A stretch of DNA of 64,000 nucleotides. Origin: a virus. Where the stretch lies: the IMG/VR virus record IMGVR_UViG_3300017781_004450, positions 1 to 64,000 of that record; one strand, given 5' to 3'. The notes under the pieces were generated by a model. The model was not told the DNA's origin and made no database searches. It was given only the letters and a program-made list of their open reading frames with translations. The position numbers were made by a program, and so were the translations under genes. Shown here piece after piece: positions 17,627-29,200 of the stretch (within the stretch, counting starts at the first letter, position 1; each line of letters begins with the position of its first letter).

Positions 17627-20097
17627 GGTTTCTTTTCTCCACGTTGCGGGAATACAAAGTATTTATCCTCAATTTGTCCGTCAACTATATCTATTATATA
17701 GCGATCTGCAACAAAGTTAATAGACTTAAAATCAAACGCTTTTTGCTTGATTCTAGCTAAAATACTGTCAGCCTTCCCTGGTTTTGTATAACACAATACT
17801 AGTGCTTTGGTAAATCCAAGTTCATAAGTCTTTGTTTCTTGGATACTTCTCATCCATAAAGGCAAAAACTCTCTGTCTCTTTCCCCAACAGTTTGTATTC
17901 TCTTTCTCATGTTATTTACTGAATTAGGAAAAATTCTTTGATGATCTGAATCACTAACTAACGGAATATCGCTATCAATGCTAATACTGTCGTAACTAAC
18001 AATAATTTTACTGTTAATATTGTCTTTTAGTTCTATTACTTGTGATATGCTTTTACCGTTCTTTTCAAGATCGTCAATTAGATCAACATAGACAACTTCA
18101 TATAAAGTTGATTGTGTAGTTGGATCTTTAGCTACTGCTTTTTTAACATCGCCAAACGTAAAGCGTTTGTTATAGTGATTTTGGCCCATTGCAGAAACAA
18201 ACGTTTGTGCTGTATTACTTTCAATACCTGCAAATAGTAATGCTGTTAGTTCACTTTGTACTCCGTAATTTTTATCACCATAACGATATATGTCATCAGG
18301 TTTAAAAACAGTAGAGTCGGTAATAAAGTTAAACCATGATAATCTTTTCTCTTTCGTTTGTAATGCTCTAACAAGTATGTTTGAGAATACTGTTTGATTA
18401 TCAGCAACAACTTTTATTTTAAACTCTCTTAATGCTTCAGCAAAGTTTGCACCGTCTTGGGCTTTTATTGTAAACTTAAACTCTTTGTCAAACGATGTTC
18501 TTTCTTGATCAAATACTAAACTAAAATTTTTAGAACGAGTTGAAGAATCTTCGCCAGCACTATCTTTTTCATAAAATCTAGTTAAGCCTAACCCTTTATT
18601 GTCTTCAAATTGTTTTACTTTACCTTGTATAAGTCCTGTAGGCAAAAATTCTAAACCTTCAGGTAACTTTCCGCTCTCTAATGTATATAATATTCTACCG
18701 CCGTACAGTAAACTTTTTGCTTCGACGTATAAGTTACTAGGCTCATTGGGTTTAATACTTCCTCTGTCTGAAGGAGTTATCCATTCAATCGAACTTTCGA
18801 TGTCACCAATAATATCTACATTGAATGTTCTTTCAACTGTTGAAACACCTGGTACCCAAAAATCACTATCTGTAGGCAATCTGTTTTGGTTTTGCACAGT
18901 AGCAATGTATATAATACCATCATAAACAATTGCTTCATTAACATTATAAATTCTAGTGCTACTCCAATCACCTACAAGTGTGTAATTAATTGTTGCTAAG
19001 TTTGCAGGAAAGTTTACAGCTCTCATGGTGAACTGATAGTTTTTAGTTACTGCTGCTTGATAAGGAACTTTACCAGAAAGGTCACCTGTTACTGTGTCAA
19101 GTGTAAGTCCAGGTGGTATAGCACTTGCAGTACCGTCTGGATTATTATCAACCAAGAAATAAGTTATTGTACCTGACAACGTAGGTGGATCGTAAACATC
19201 TAATGCAATAGTTACAAAGTTATTTGCTCTATACCTACCTAAGTAAGGATCTGTGATCCATAACGGTTGTCTGTTACCACTGTTGTCTGCTTGGAATAAA
19301 TTTGTATCAACTTGTAGTAATGTGTTATCTGCTTTTAAAAATTCTTCAGTAACAACATAAATTTTAAATGTTCTATGTATAGCGTTAATGCCGTCAGTGA
19401 CTGCAATACTAAAAGTATATTCTCTACTTAACTTTCTAGGTATCTGACTTCCTTCTGCATAGTCAAATCGTTGTGTGTCGTAAAAGTACGTATCAAACCC
19501 TGTTGATGTATTTTTTGCAATATCGAGAGGAACAGTATCAAAAGAATGTGTATCGTATGCACCAGTGTTAGCTGCATTGTACTCTACAGCCTGCACAGGC
19601 TCCGTAAAACCGCTGATCTTTCCTGTTTGGGACAATGACAAGCCAGGAGGTAAAAGACCGCTGTTAGGCACCAAATAATAGCTTAGAACCTCCCCTGCTG
19701 TAATATCTTTGTCTGTTGCTTGTAATTGAAAATCTATCTTAGAATCGTCAAGTGCAAAGTATGCTTCGCCAAGCCCGACATTTAAATATCCTCTTTCTGT
19801 AATCCATTCTGGAAAGTCTGCACCAGTAATTGACATACTAAATGTTCTATCCATACAGCCACCAGTAGTGTCATCTGCTCTAATAACAAATTTCTTAGTT
19901 GTATGTTTTGTAACTTCTCCAGGCGCACCTTTGATGACACCATCGGATAATACACAGCCTGTAGGAAGTGTACCAGCAATTATAGAAAATGTGATTGGGT
20001 TAGAAGTATCTGTAGATGCCTCTATTGGAATGTTGACTGTGATCCTTTCTTCGAAAGTACCTAAGTCTCCTGCTGGCGTTATCCAAGTAATTGCCAT
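17623..20097 (-). CDS. Baseplate wedge-like protein with putative Ig (He_PIG) domains
   Basis: Repeated W.T..G.LG and G.LP.GL.L...G.I.G modules. Confidence 0.65.
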   Translation of the reverse strand: MAITWITPAGDLGTFEERITVNIPIEASTDTSNPITFSIIAGTLPTGCVLSDGVIKGAPGEVTKHTTKKFVIRADDTTGGCMDRTFSMSITGADFPEWITERGYLNVGLGEAYFALDDSKIDFQLQATDKDITAGEVLSYYLVPNSGLLPPGLSLSQTGKISGFTEPVQAVEYNAANTGAYDTHSFDTVPLDIAKNTSTGFDTYFYDTQRFDYAEGSQIPRKLSREYTFSIAVTDGINAIHRTFKIYVVTEEFLKADNTLLQVDTNLFQADNSGNRQPLWITDPYLGRYRANNFVTIALDVYDPPTLSGTITYFLVDNNPDGTASAIPPGLTLDTVTGDLSGKVPYQAAVTKNYQFTMRAVNFPANLATINYTLVGDWSSTRIYNVNEAIVYDGIIYIATVQNQNRLPTDSDFWVPGVSTVERTFNVDIIGDIESSIEWITPSDRGSIKPNEPSNLYVEAKSLLYGGRILYTLESGKLPEGLEFLPTGLIQGKVKQFEDNKGLGLTRFYEKDSAGEDSSTRSKNFSLVFDQERTSFDKEFKFTIKAQDGANFAEALREFKIKVVADNQTVFSNILVRALQTKEKRLSWFNFITDSTVFKPDDIYRYGDKNYGVQSELTALLFAGIESNTAQTFVSAMGQNHYNKRFTFGDVKKAVAKDPTTQSTLYEVVYVDLIDDLEKNGKSISQVIELKDNINSKIIVSYDSISIDSDIPLVSDSDHQRIFPNSVNNMRKRIQTVGERDREFLPLWMRSIQETKTYELGFTKALVLCYTKPGKADSILARIKQKAFDFKSINFVADRYIIDIVDGQIEDKYFVFPQRGEKKP

Positions 20098-20111
20098 TTA
20101 GACTTCGCTCC

Positions 20112-20687
20112 CTATATGCCGCCAACATCTAAATTGATTCCTGAATCATACGTTAGTGTACCAAAATCAATATTAGATCCTTGCAGTGCTAATTGTATGG
20201 CATTTTCAAATCCTGAAGCTCCAACAGGTCCGAAATCGTATGTTGTTAAGTACTCAGTTACAGGTACAATAGTTTTAAATTTAATAGTACTACCTACAGC
20301 GGTAACTTCAATATCTTTGAAACCGTTTTCTGATTGTGGCGCACTAGTACCTTCTAGAGTAATTTGTTGATGCACGTTTGCCAACATACTACCACTGTCT
20401 GTATCAATTCTTGTAAATGCATCTGGTGCTGTACTAGCAACTATAATTGCCTCAGGACCTTCATCAAGTTGCATTTTAGCGCCAGCTACTAATTTTCTAA
20501 AGTTTAAGTTCGAACCAACTTTATCTGCAAACACACTAACACCATTAGCACCTGTATTGGTTGCTGTAATTGTTAGTTCTGCTTCTAGTGTAGAGAAGTT
20601 TGTATTGACTTTCTGGAACGCTGTTCGTAGATCGTCACCTAGCCCATCGTTTACAATATTACCTATGTTTATTAATTGTACTGCCAT
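20112..20687 (-). CDS. Tail/baseplate protein with T4 gp9/gp10-like N-terminus
   Basis: INIG...NDGLGDDLRTAFQKVNTNF. Confidence 0.65.
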   Translation of the reverse strand: MAVQLINIGNIVNDGLGDDLRTAFQKVNTNFSTLEAELTITATNTGANGVSVFADKVGSNLNFRKLVAGAKMQLDEGPEAIIVASTAPDAFTRIDTDSGSMLANVHQQITLEGTSAPQSENGFKDIEVTAVGSTIKFKTIVPVTEYLTTYDFGPVGASGFENAIQLALQGSNIDFGTLTYDSGINLDVGGI

Positions 20688-20696
20688 TTGTCACTC

Positions 20697-20951
20697 CTAA
20701 TGTAGATCCGCCCAGCCTGCTGTACTGTCACCGTTTGCATCAGCAGCGTATCCTTGAAACTTTCCTGTTGTTGTATTATAGATCATCATACCTAACACTG
20801 GTGTAAGTGCATCTACTTCAGTCTGTGTTAGTTGTGGTGGCCCAACATATAATTCTGTAAAGTTAGAATTAATTTTTTCAAACGCCCCACGTAGAGTATC
20901 GCCTGTTCTATCGTTTGCGGATGTTCCAATGTTTACTGTAAGTTTTGCCAT
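20697..20951 (-). CDS. Small tail protein with gp9/gp10-like N-terminus
   Basis: NIGTSANDRTGDTLRGAFEKINSNFTELY...GMMIYNTTT..FQGY. Confidence 0.65.
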   Translation of the reverse strand: MAKLTVNIGTSANDRTGDTLRGAFEKINSNFTELYVGPPQLTQTEVDALTPVLGMMIYNTTTGKFQGYAADANGDSTAGWADLH

Positions 20952-20961
20952 CTATCCGCTC

Positions 20962-23208
20962 CTATACCCAACCGCCGATTGCAATTCTGCCCCAGCCCGT
21001 ACTCTTGCGGACATAGACATAACTGTCATCAACTCTAATTTCGCCAACTTCTGCTGCTTCTGTTTCTGAACCTGGAGCAGCACTGTTCGGTGCAATCTTA
21101 CCTGTAACTGTGCCTGTTGCACCATCAATTACTACAGAAGAGTCATCACCAAATACTGAACCTCTAATATCAATAGTTGCAGTACCATTTAGCACTGCTG
21201 CTGGTATTGTGCTGCTAACAGCGTCTATTAGTAATGTACTATCATCGCCAAACACACTACCTTTAATGTCAGTTACAGGACTTCCTGTGTACGATACTTC
21301 GCCTGTTGTAGCATTGTACATTAGCATAGTTGTACCAACTGCATTTCTAACTGGTTTAACTATAAACTCGCCTGTTTGAGTTGTGTTTAATTCAGTCTCT
21401 GTTTGGGCATTAATCACAATTGTATTTGCGTGTTGATTTAAGTGACCGGCTCTTTCACCAATTGCGATTGCATTTCCGCCTTGGCCTGATTGACCCGCTT
21501 CGTCACCAATTGCAATTGATGATGCCGCCTGGTTTGTTTCACCTGCTTGATGGCCGATTGCTACTGCTTCTTCGGCTTGTGAATTATATCCTGCTTGATA
21601 GCCAATTGCAACTGATCCTCCGAGTTGGGTAAGTTCACCTGCACGGTATCCAATTGCTATTGCAGCCGAACCTTGTGTTGTTTCACCTGCTTGATTACCA
21701 ATTGCAATTGCATTTGAAACTTGGTTCTCTTCACCTGCTTGATATCCAATTGCAATTGCATTTGCACCTTGATTGTTTTGACCTGCTTCGTCGCCAATTG
21801 CCACGGCATCTTCACCTTGGTTTGTTTGGCCGGCCTGTTCGCCAATGGCTATTGCATCACTGCCTTGGTTTGTTTCACCTGCACTTGAACCAAGTGCAAT
21901 TTTTGATTCACTTGTTCTTAAACTTGTTGTGTCTACTGCACCAACAATCTTACCTTCAACACCGTCAACTAGTAATCCTGAGTCGTCTGCAAACACTGAT
22001 CCTGTAATATCAATCTTCGAATCAACTGCAATAGTAATCTTATCGTTGGGTGAATCAAGTGTAATACCAATACCGTAACCAGGTTCAAACGTTAAAATAT
22101 CAGCAGTACTATCTGCTGCTAAACTTGTTTGTCCATCAACAGCAATCTGTTGGAATGTTGGAACTGCCGGAGCACCGTTTGAAACAGTCACAACACCTGT
22201 TGCAGGATCTGTTGAAACTGTAATACCAAAACCTTGTTGTACTTCTAACACACCTGTGTTAGTAAACTGCACAGCACCTGTTGTTGAACTAACAGTAACA
22301 CCTTCGCCTGGTGTTCTTCCTGTTGCTCTGCCAGGAATGTTAGTTGTGTTTTGTGCAGATGTAACACCTGTGTTAGTGAATGTTACATTGCCTGTCGCTG
22401 AACTAACTGTAATACCTGTACTTGCAATTGCTTGTGTTACACCATCGTTAATAAATGTAATACTGTCTGCATCACTTCCTGCTACTAGTTGTACACCAGT
22501 ACCACCGTAAAATGATAAAGTATCATTTGTATGATCAGCTTCAACAATGTCGCCATCATCTAAGTTGATGTATCTGAAATATCTTTTTTCTGGATCAATA
22601 ATTAAGTCACCGTTAATAGTTGAACCAAATGGTAAATCAACTTTACCGCTTTCGCCTTTAACATGTGCTGTACCTAAATACAATCCGTTGTCTTCATTAC
22701 CTGCTGTCGCTAGTGTTTCAGCAACGTGTACTTCTTTCCATTTATGTGTAGCATCACCTAAAACTTTTTGTGCATCGTCTGCTGGCTTAACAGAAGTTGT
22801 AAGTGCTTCTAAGTTAAGTGTACTAAATTCATTTAGTCCTTGTGTTTTACCACCTGATGCATATGCAGTAAAGCCTGTGCCATTAACTGCTGAACTAATT
22901 CCTGCATCTGTGTAAAGAGCAAAAGTGTTACTGGTTAGTACATCCGCATAATAAGTATTACCATTTAGTTGTGTCATACCTACTACATCTGTAATAGTTA
23001 CACGTTGTCCGTCAGTAAGTCCGTGTGCTGTTGAAGTTGTAACTACAACAGGACTTGCTTGGGTCGTATTAGTAATTGTTTTTTGTTCGCCACCTGCAAG
23101 TGTTGCACCGATAGTTACAAAGTTTGCATTGACTTCATCTAATGCACTTTTAAACTTATCCCATAAAAGTGGTGGATTACCTGGCGTTATGTTTGTATTA
23201 TATGCCAT
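20962..23208 (-). CDS. Tail fibre/adhesin with FCCH-like domain and YadA-like head repeats
   Basis: ASPVVVTTSTAHGL.DG..V.I..V.GMT.LNG domain; ten AIAIG..AG repeats; three GSVF.DDS repeats. Confidence 0.7.
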   Translation of the reverse strand: MAYNTNITPGNPPLLWDKFKSALDEVNANFVTIGATLAGGEQKTITNTTQASPVVVTTSTAHGLTDGQRVTITDVVGMTQLNGNTYYADVLTSNTFALYTDAGISSAVNGTGFTAYASGGKTQGLNEFSTLNLEALTTSVKPADDAQKVLGDATHKWKEVHVAETLATAGNEDNGLYLGTAHVKGESGKVDLPFGSTINGDLIIDPEKRYFRYINLDDGDIVEADHTNDTLSFYGGTGVQLVAGSDADSITFINDGVTQAIASTGITVSSATGNVTFTNTGVTSAQNTTNIPGRATGRTPGEGVTVSSTTGAVQFTNTGVLEVQQGFGITVSTDPATGVVTVSNGAPAVPTFQQIAVDGQTSLAADSTADILTFEPGYGIGITLDSPNDKITIAVDSKIDITGSVFADDSGLLVDGVEGKIVGAVDTTSLRTSESKIALGSSAGETNQGSDAIAIGEQAGQTNQGEDAVAIGDEAGQNNQGANAIAIGYQAGEENQVSNAIAIGNQAGETTQGSAAIAIGYRAGELTQLGGSVAIGYQAGYNSQAEEAVAIGHQAGETNQAASSIAIGDEAGQSGQGGNAIAIGERAGHLNQHANTIVINAQTETELNTTQTGEFIVKPVRNAVGTTMLMYNATTGEVSYTGSPVTDIKGSVFGDDSTLLIDAVSSTIPAAVLNGTATIDIRGSVFGDDSSVVIDGATGTVTGKIAPNSAAPGSETEAAEVGEIRVDDSYVYVRKSTGWGRIAIGGWV
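21420..21900 (-). repeat. About 10 tandem 48-nt (16-aa) YadA-head-like coding repeats
   Basis: AIAIGEQAGQTNQGED / AVAIGDEAGQNNQGAN / AIAIGYQAGEENQVSN etc. Confidence 0.8.
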
Positions 23209-26200
23209 TAGTTTCTCCCTACCGCTACTTCAATTGTGCCTATATGATCACTATCATATGCTTCAATTGCTTTACCAATAATTGTACCTGCTCGTACATC
23301 GCTATTAGCTACTGTACCAACACCATGTATGCCTGCACACACAATTAAATCACCTTTTTCAATCTTGCCAACTACTTTACAAGGTACTCTACCTTGCAGT
23401 GCAACAAGATTTTTAAATCCAGGACAACCTGCGTACATAACATATGCTGCTCTATCTGAAACAACACCTGCTACTTTTGGATCTCCTGTTTTATTAGAAG
23501 TTGTAACTTCCTTGTCACCACCAAATACTAACACTGTTCCGACTTCGTATTCCTTGTCACCTTCGTAGTATTCTGCAAGGTCAGCTGCATAAGTTGCTTC
23601 AAACCTTGATTCACTTGGAGTTGTTCCTGTTAATGTCCAACGTCCTGTTACTGTACCTGCTGTAGTATTACCACCAGTTGTTAATGCTGTTGTAACAATT
23701 TGTGATGCTTCGACAGGTGCTAGTGATACACCGTTCTGTGTTCTAAACTTATGATAGTCGTTATCATATAAGTTTCTCTTATCTGTTGCAAGTGAACCGT
23801 TCTGTAAATATATACCACCACTACCACTTGAACCTGTATACAATCTTACGTAACTTGCAGATCCTGATGTACCATAACCTACTGATGTGTTACCGTTAAT
23901 ATTAAATGAGCTTGTAGCGTTCCAAATTCTTGCACTGGCATCTGCGTTACTATCTCTTTGAACAAGTTGACTTGCAGTTGCGTTAGCGGTTGCTTCGATA
24001 ATACCGTAATCAACATCAGCTGTATTACTTGAACTACTGGTTCTTCTTAAGAAACCAGTTGTACTAAATTGTGTTTTCTTAACAGAGCCACCTTGATCAA
24101 CAACAGTTGTCATTAATATATCTGCAGGAGCACTAGCACTTAGTAAGTTATTACCTAATACACTCTTACCAGTAACGTTTTCTAGTTTTGCTTTTGTAAT
24201 TGTGCCATCAGTAAGTGTTACCCAACCGTTTGTAACAGTAAAGAATGTATTATCAAATGCTGCAATACCTTTGTCAGCTTGTGTAATACCGGTATCATTT
24301 GCACGTACTTGAGCATCTGACATGTTCAACTTGCTTTGTTCTATTGCAGCACTAGCATTAACATCAGCGTTATCAATTACGCCTGGTTGAATCTGTGCGT
24401 CAATTGTATTTGCAGTTGAATCAATACCTAAAGCAATATCACCTACAACAGATGCATTAATAGCATCGTTGTTATTACCTGTGAATACAAGTATATCATT
24501 TGCTTCAAGATTGCTTAGTGTAAATTCTTGTAAGTTACCAAATGTTAAGTTTCTTAAGTTAACTACGTCTTGTGGCTGTGTTGGATCACCAACATTGATC
24601 AGTTTAAATCCACCTTGATCAATTGGGCCTTTCATAGCCAGTGAACCGTCCAGCGCCATAAAGCCACCACTGATTGGTGGAATTAAGTTTGCTGATGTTA
24701 CTGGAGCACCACCGTGTGTGGTACCAAGACGTCTTTCAATGTAAAGTCTGGTTGCGTTTTCTGTTGGTACTGTATCAACAGCGTTATCAGTCATACCAGA
24801 GTCTGTACTAAATTCTGAAACAGGAACACCACGTTTAAATCCAATACCGTCCAAGTTACTCAATGCAATAGCTGCTGAGAACGTAACCTGTCCTGTACCT
24901 TGGTCAACTCTAAAGAACGGTCCAACGTTGAAGTTACCAAATTGGTCTGTGGTTACATAGAACACACGTCCAACGTTTCGTTCATCTGTTTCTGTATCAG
25001 GGTTGAACGCATTAACTGATGGTCCATAAATCTCTGTTGGGTAGTTGGTATCAGCATATGATCCTGTACCAATCTCAAGTAAGTCATGAGATGTAACACG
25101 AGTCAATGAAATTCTAATTGTTAGTTTACCATTAGCACCATCTGTTCCTCTTGCTACAGCAGATTTAACTGTATATGATGCTTCATACTGTGTAAGACTA
25201 TCTACTAATGGCCTATCAAGAGTAATCCTTGCCCAAGGATTACCAACTACGGTTTCATCTTCAAACAAGTCAATTACATAAACTTCACCGTTGAAGTTAA
25301 ATGTACTTCCTTGTACCCTTGATCTTTCCTGAGGAGCAACAGCAACAATAGCAAATGAACTATCGCCTACAGCACCTGTTGGTGTATAGTACGAATGTGT
25401 TCCACTTTGAACACCTGTTGTATCAACTTGTACTGCGCCTGACAGTGTTGGATATGCTACACTTATTGTAAATGTGTTTGCATCAAGAACTGTGTGTACA
25501 AAGTAATGTGTACTTGTGTTAATTCCTGTTGGTAATGAACCAGTTGTTGTGAAAACAATTGGATCACCTTGTGTAAAGTTATGCGTTGTTTTTGTAATAA
25601 CAGCCGGAGATGCAACAGATATTGTACAAGTTTCTGTTGTACCTGCTTTTGCTTCGCCTGGCTTGTACAGTGTTAAGTCAATATAGTTGTAGTTCTCTCT
25701 AAGCGTTGTAACAGTTAAGCCTTCAATAATAGCTGAATGTGTACCTGTACCTGTATCTGTTGTAGTTACAGGTGTCGAACCATTAATAGCACTTGAAAGT
25801 TCAAAGTTTGTTGCGGTTAAGTTTTCTTCTCTAACCCAATAAGTTTCACCTGATGTAATTCCTGCTGGTAATGTACCTGTTGAAGTAAAGCTCAATCTAT
25901 AGTTGAATAATTGTTTATGTGGTACAACACATTTAATAGTTGGTGTACCGGTCGTTAGTACTAGTGCCGCGCTTCCAGCACTTGTACTTAAAACTACTTG
26001 ATCGTATTTTGGAACACTAATAACATGATAAGTTGTACTTGCAGTTATTCCATTTGCAGTTGATCTTGGAACAATAGTATCGCCAATAATTAATCCGTGA
26101 TTCTGACTAAACGTAGCAACATTAGTAGTTGCTGTTGTTGCAGTAATAGTTGCAAGGAATGTACCTACACCTGGTGCTGCTGCTGTAAATTCTACTTCAT

Positions 26201-29200
26201 AGTTACCTCTTGAATCAGCTGATGACTCAAACTGTAGAACACGATAAACATCTGTGTATTCTTGTAGTATCAAACCAGTTGATGGTCTTGTAGCAACGTC
26301 AACAAGTTCACCTGTTAACATAACCTGCGAGTTAGAACGCAACGACATTTTAGCATTGTCTGGAATAACAGCAAACAATCCATCGAAGTTACCAGTTGAG
26401 TCACTTGTTAAATTAAGTTTAGCAACACCAGCTGGCAAGTCATTAGTTGAAACTGATGTTACAGGATATCTATAAATTACATTACCATGATCAACTTCAA
26501 GTTCTGAGTTGTTAAGTGGCGTGTAGTCGTATCCGTCAACATAAAGGAACAGTCCACCTTGTGTGTTTGCAAATCCTGCACTTGGGAAATAACTGTAAAC
26601 TGTTTGTGCAAGGTCATTGTATAATGAAGTTGGTGTTGGAACCTCAAGTGGATCCGAACCATCTGCAACCAATGCATAGATACCATGTGCAGAAGAACCA
26701 CCAACGGATCTAATCTGCGCACCGTTAAGTGACATGTACGATGCATAACAGTAATATGTAAACATCGAAACTGCTTCTGTTAAACCACCGTTGGTTGCAA
26801 GTAGGCCGTAACCCATATCAGCAACCTGTGTAAAGTCATTTGATAGCATTGATCTGTTACCAGGCATCAATACTTCATAAATTCTTTCTATTGAGTGTGT
26901 TCCGCTACCAGCACTTGTTGTTGCAACTGATAAACCACCTAGTGAAGTACTAACTTGGAATGTGTTAGTTGTTAAATTAACACCTGAAACAAAGTAATCT
27001 GTACCAACAACTAATCCAGTTGGCAATGCACCTGTTGTTGTAAATCTAACAACAGCACCTTCTTGTAATTTGTGTGCTGATGAAGTAATAACAGCAGGGT
27101 TAGCATTTGTAATTGTAGCAGTAACAGGTCCAGCAGTTCTAGTAAATGGTGTAGTTTCATCTAAGATAAATGATGCTGAAGAACCGTTCTTGTTAAAGAC
27201 AAAATCTCTAACGTAGTTTACTCTGAATACTGTATCATCAACAATAAACGAACAAGGAAGTTGTGGTGTTCTGTCTAGTCCTGTTACTTCAATTCTTGTA
27301 GGTGATGTAGATGAAGCGTGTCTAAATTGTAAGTTACCAGCAAAGCCGTCAACAAACATACCACCTGCAAACGTTTGTGCGTTTTTGGATTTTGAGAATG
27401 ATGCTGATTCTTGACAGTATGGTGACTTAGCAAGGATTTGACCTTCTGGGTCAAGTACCATCATAAAGCCGCCATGCCCTTGACCTGTAACAGCTCTAAT
27501 AATGTTAGCGTCATTCATTAAGAATACGTCTAACTTGTCGTTCTCTTCTGGATAGTTAACACTACCTGATCCGTCAATTACATCTTCAATAGCATCAAAT
27601 AGTTCAGCAACAACTGCTTGTGTTCCTGTTTCTGCTGTAAATGATGTATCAATAATCTGTAGTGCTGTAGTTACTGTTCCTGGAAGTGCTAAGTTTTGTA
27701 CAACATAATCAATTGCTAACTGCGCTCTTTCAAGTCCTGCAATTGTTTGTGAAAGTTGTGTAGTAATTGCTTTCCGACCACTTGCAGTCTGATAATATTT
27801 TAAACCTGCGGAAATAGTTCTATTATATCCGCCGTACTTCAGGTCGAATATCATAGCATCAATAATTAATCCTACATCACGTTTACATTGTGTTTTGATA
27901 TATGTATATGTGTTTGTAAATGGTGCAATGTTTCCAGCAATTTGCGTATCGATCCAATCAACAACTTCGTTTTGAATGAATGATTTATTAAGTTTGAGAA
28001 GTGCTGCTGACTTTCTGTAAGCACCTTTATTATCAATTTTAGGGTAAACTGGTTGTGTTGAGTCTGATAGATAATGATGACCATACAATTGCGTAGCAGT
28101 TGTCAACCCATCGATATTTGTATCTCTTCTAAATTTCTGGAATGCCCAAGGAGAACTAGAAGTTCCCGGTTTTGGCTTAATAAGAACACGTCTAAACTCA
28201 TCACCAATGATTGCAACGTTCTGCGGTACTTTAAGTGGATAGTTTTCTTGATAAATTCCACTTTCAACAAGGACTGCAATTTGAACTTGGTTAGTAATAT
28301 CACCATATGAAATAGGTTCATCAATTAAAAATGTTCCATACTTAATATCTACATCAAATATCTCGTTACCGTTACTATCTAATGATCCGTCGTGTGCAAG
28401 AATCTGCGCAAGTGCGCCTGATGTTTCGCCACGTAAGTGTAAACCTTCTCTAATATCTCTTGTTCTAAATGCTACCGGAGTATCTGTTAATACATCACCT
28501 GTGTAGTCTGTACGATATCCATCTGTTTTTAATAAGAATCTTGGCAAGTCAACTTGAACAGTTCCAACTGTTGTAAATCCACTACCTGCATCTGCAATAT
28601 CAATACCAGTAATAACACCACCGGATATAACTGCTGTACCAAAAGAACCTGTTGCTCCTGTTCCTACAACACGTACAGATACTAAACTGTAACTGTTACC
28701 ACCACTGCTAATATCAACACCGTTTACTTTATATGTTACATCAAATGTAGCACCTATACCAAATGTTGAATCAGAAGTTGTAACAACGCCGCTTGTTCCA
28801 GGTAAAACTGTGTAATCACCTTGTGCTACAAGTTTAAATGTTGTAATAGCACCTGGTGTTGTTGCTGTTGATAATACTTCAATAGTTGCATTTGAACCTG
28901 TACCACCTTGCAGTGTAATAATATCGCCTGCTTGATAGTTTGCACCTGATGCATTCATAGTAATAGTATCAACACTCATTCTTGCACTACCAACAAATCC
29001 TGCACCTGATGAAGGTGACGTATCAATTTGTGCAAGTGTTACAGTGCCTGAGCCGTTATTAAATGTAAGTTGTTTCTTATAAGGACCAATATCGTCTAAT
29101 GATTCTAATACTATTTCTTCAGCACGTTTTAATGCTGCTTCAATTGTTTTATAAGCATAAGCAAGAGCTCTACCTTGTAGTTCTTCACTTACACCTACTC

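Noticed and set aside
21420-21900. Regularly spaced DNA repeats (ccaattgc...cctgc) resembling a CRISPR array
   Set aside because: The 48-nt period is in frame and degenerate at synonymous positions; it encodes YadA-like protein repeats, with no identical repeats, spacers or cas genes
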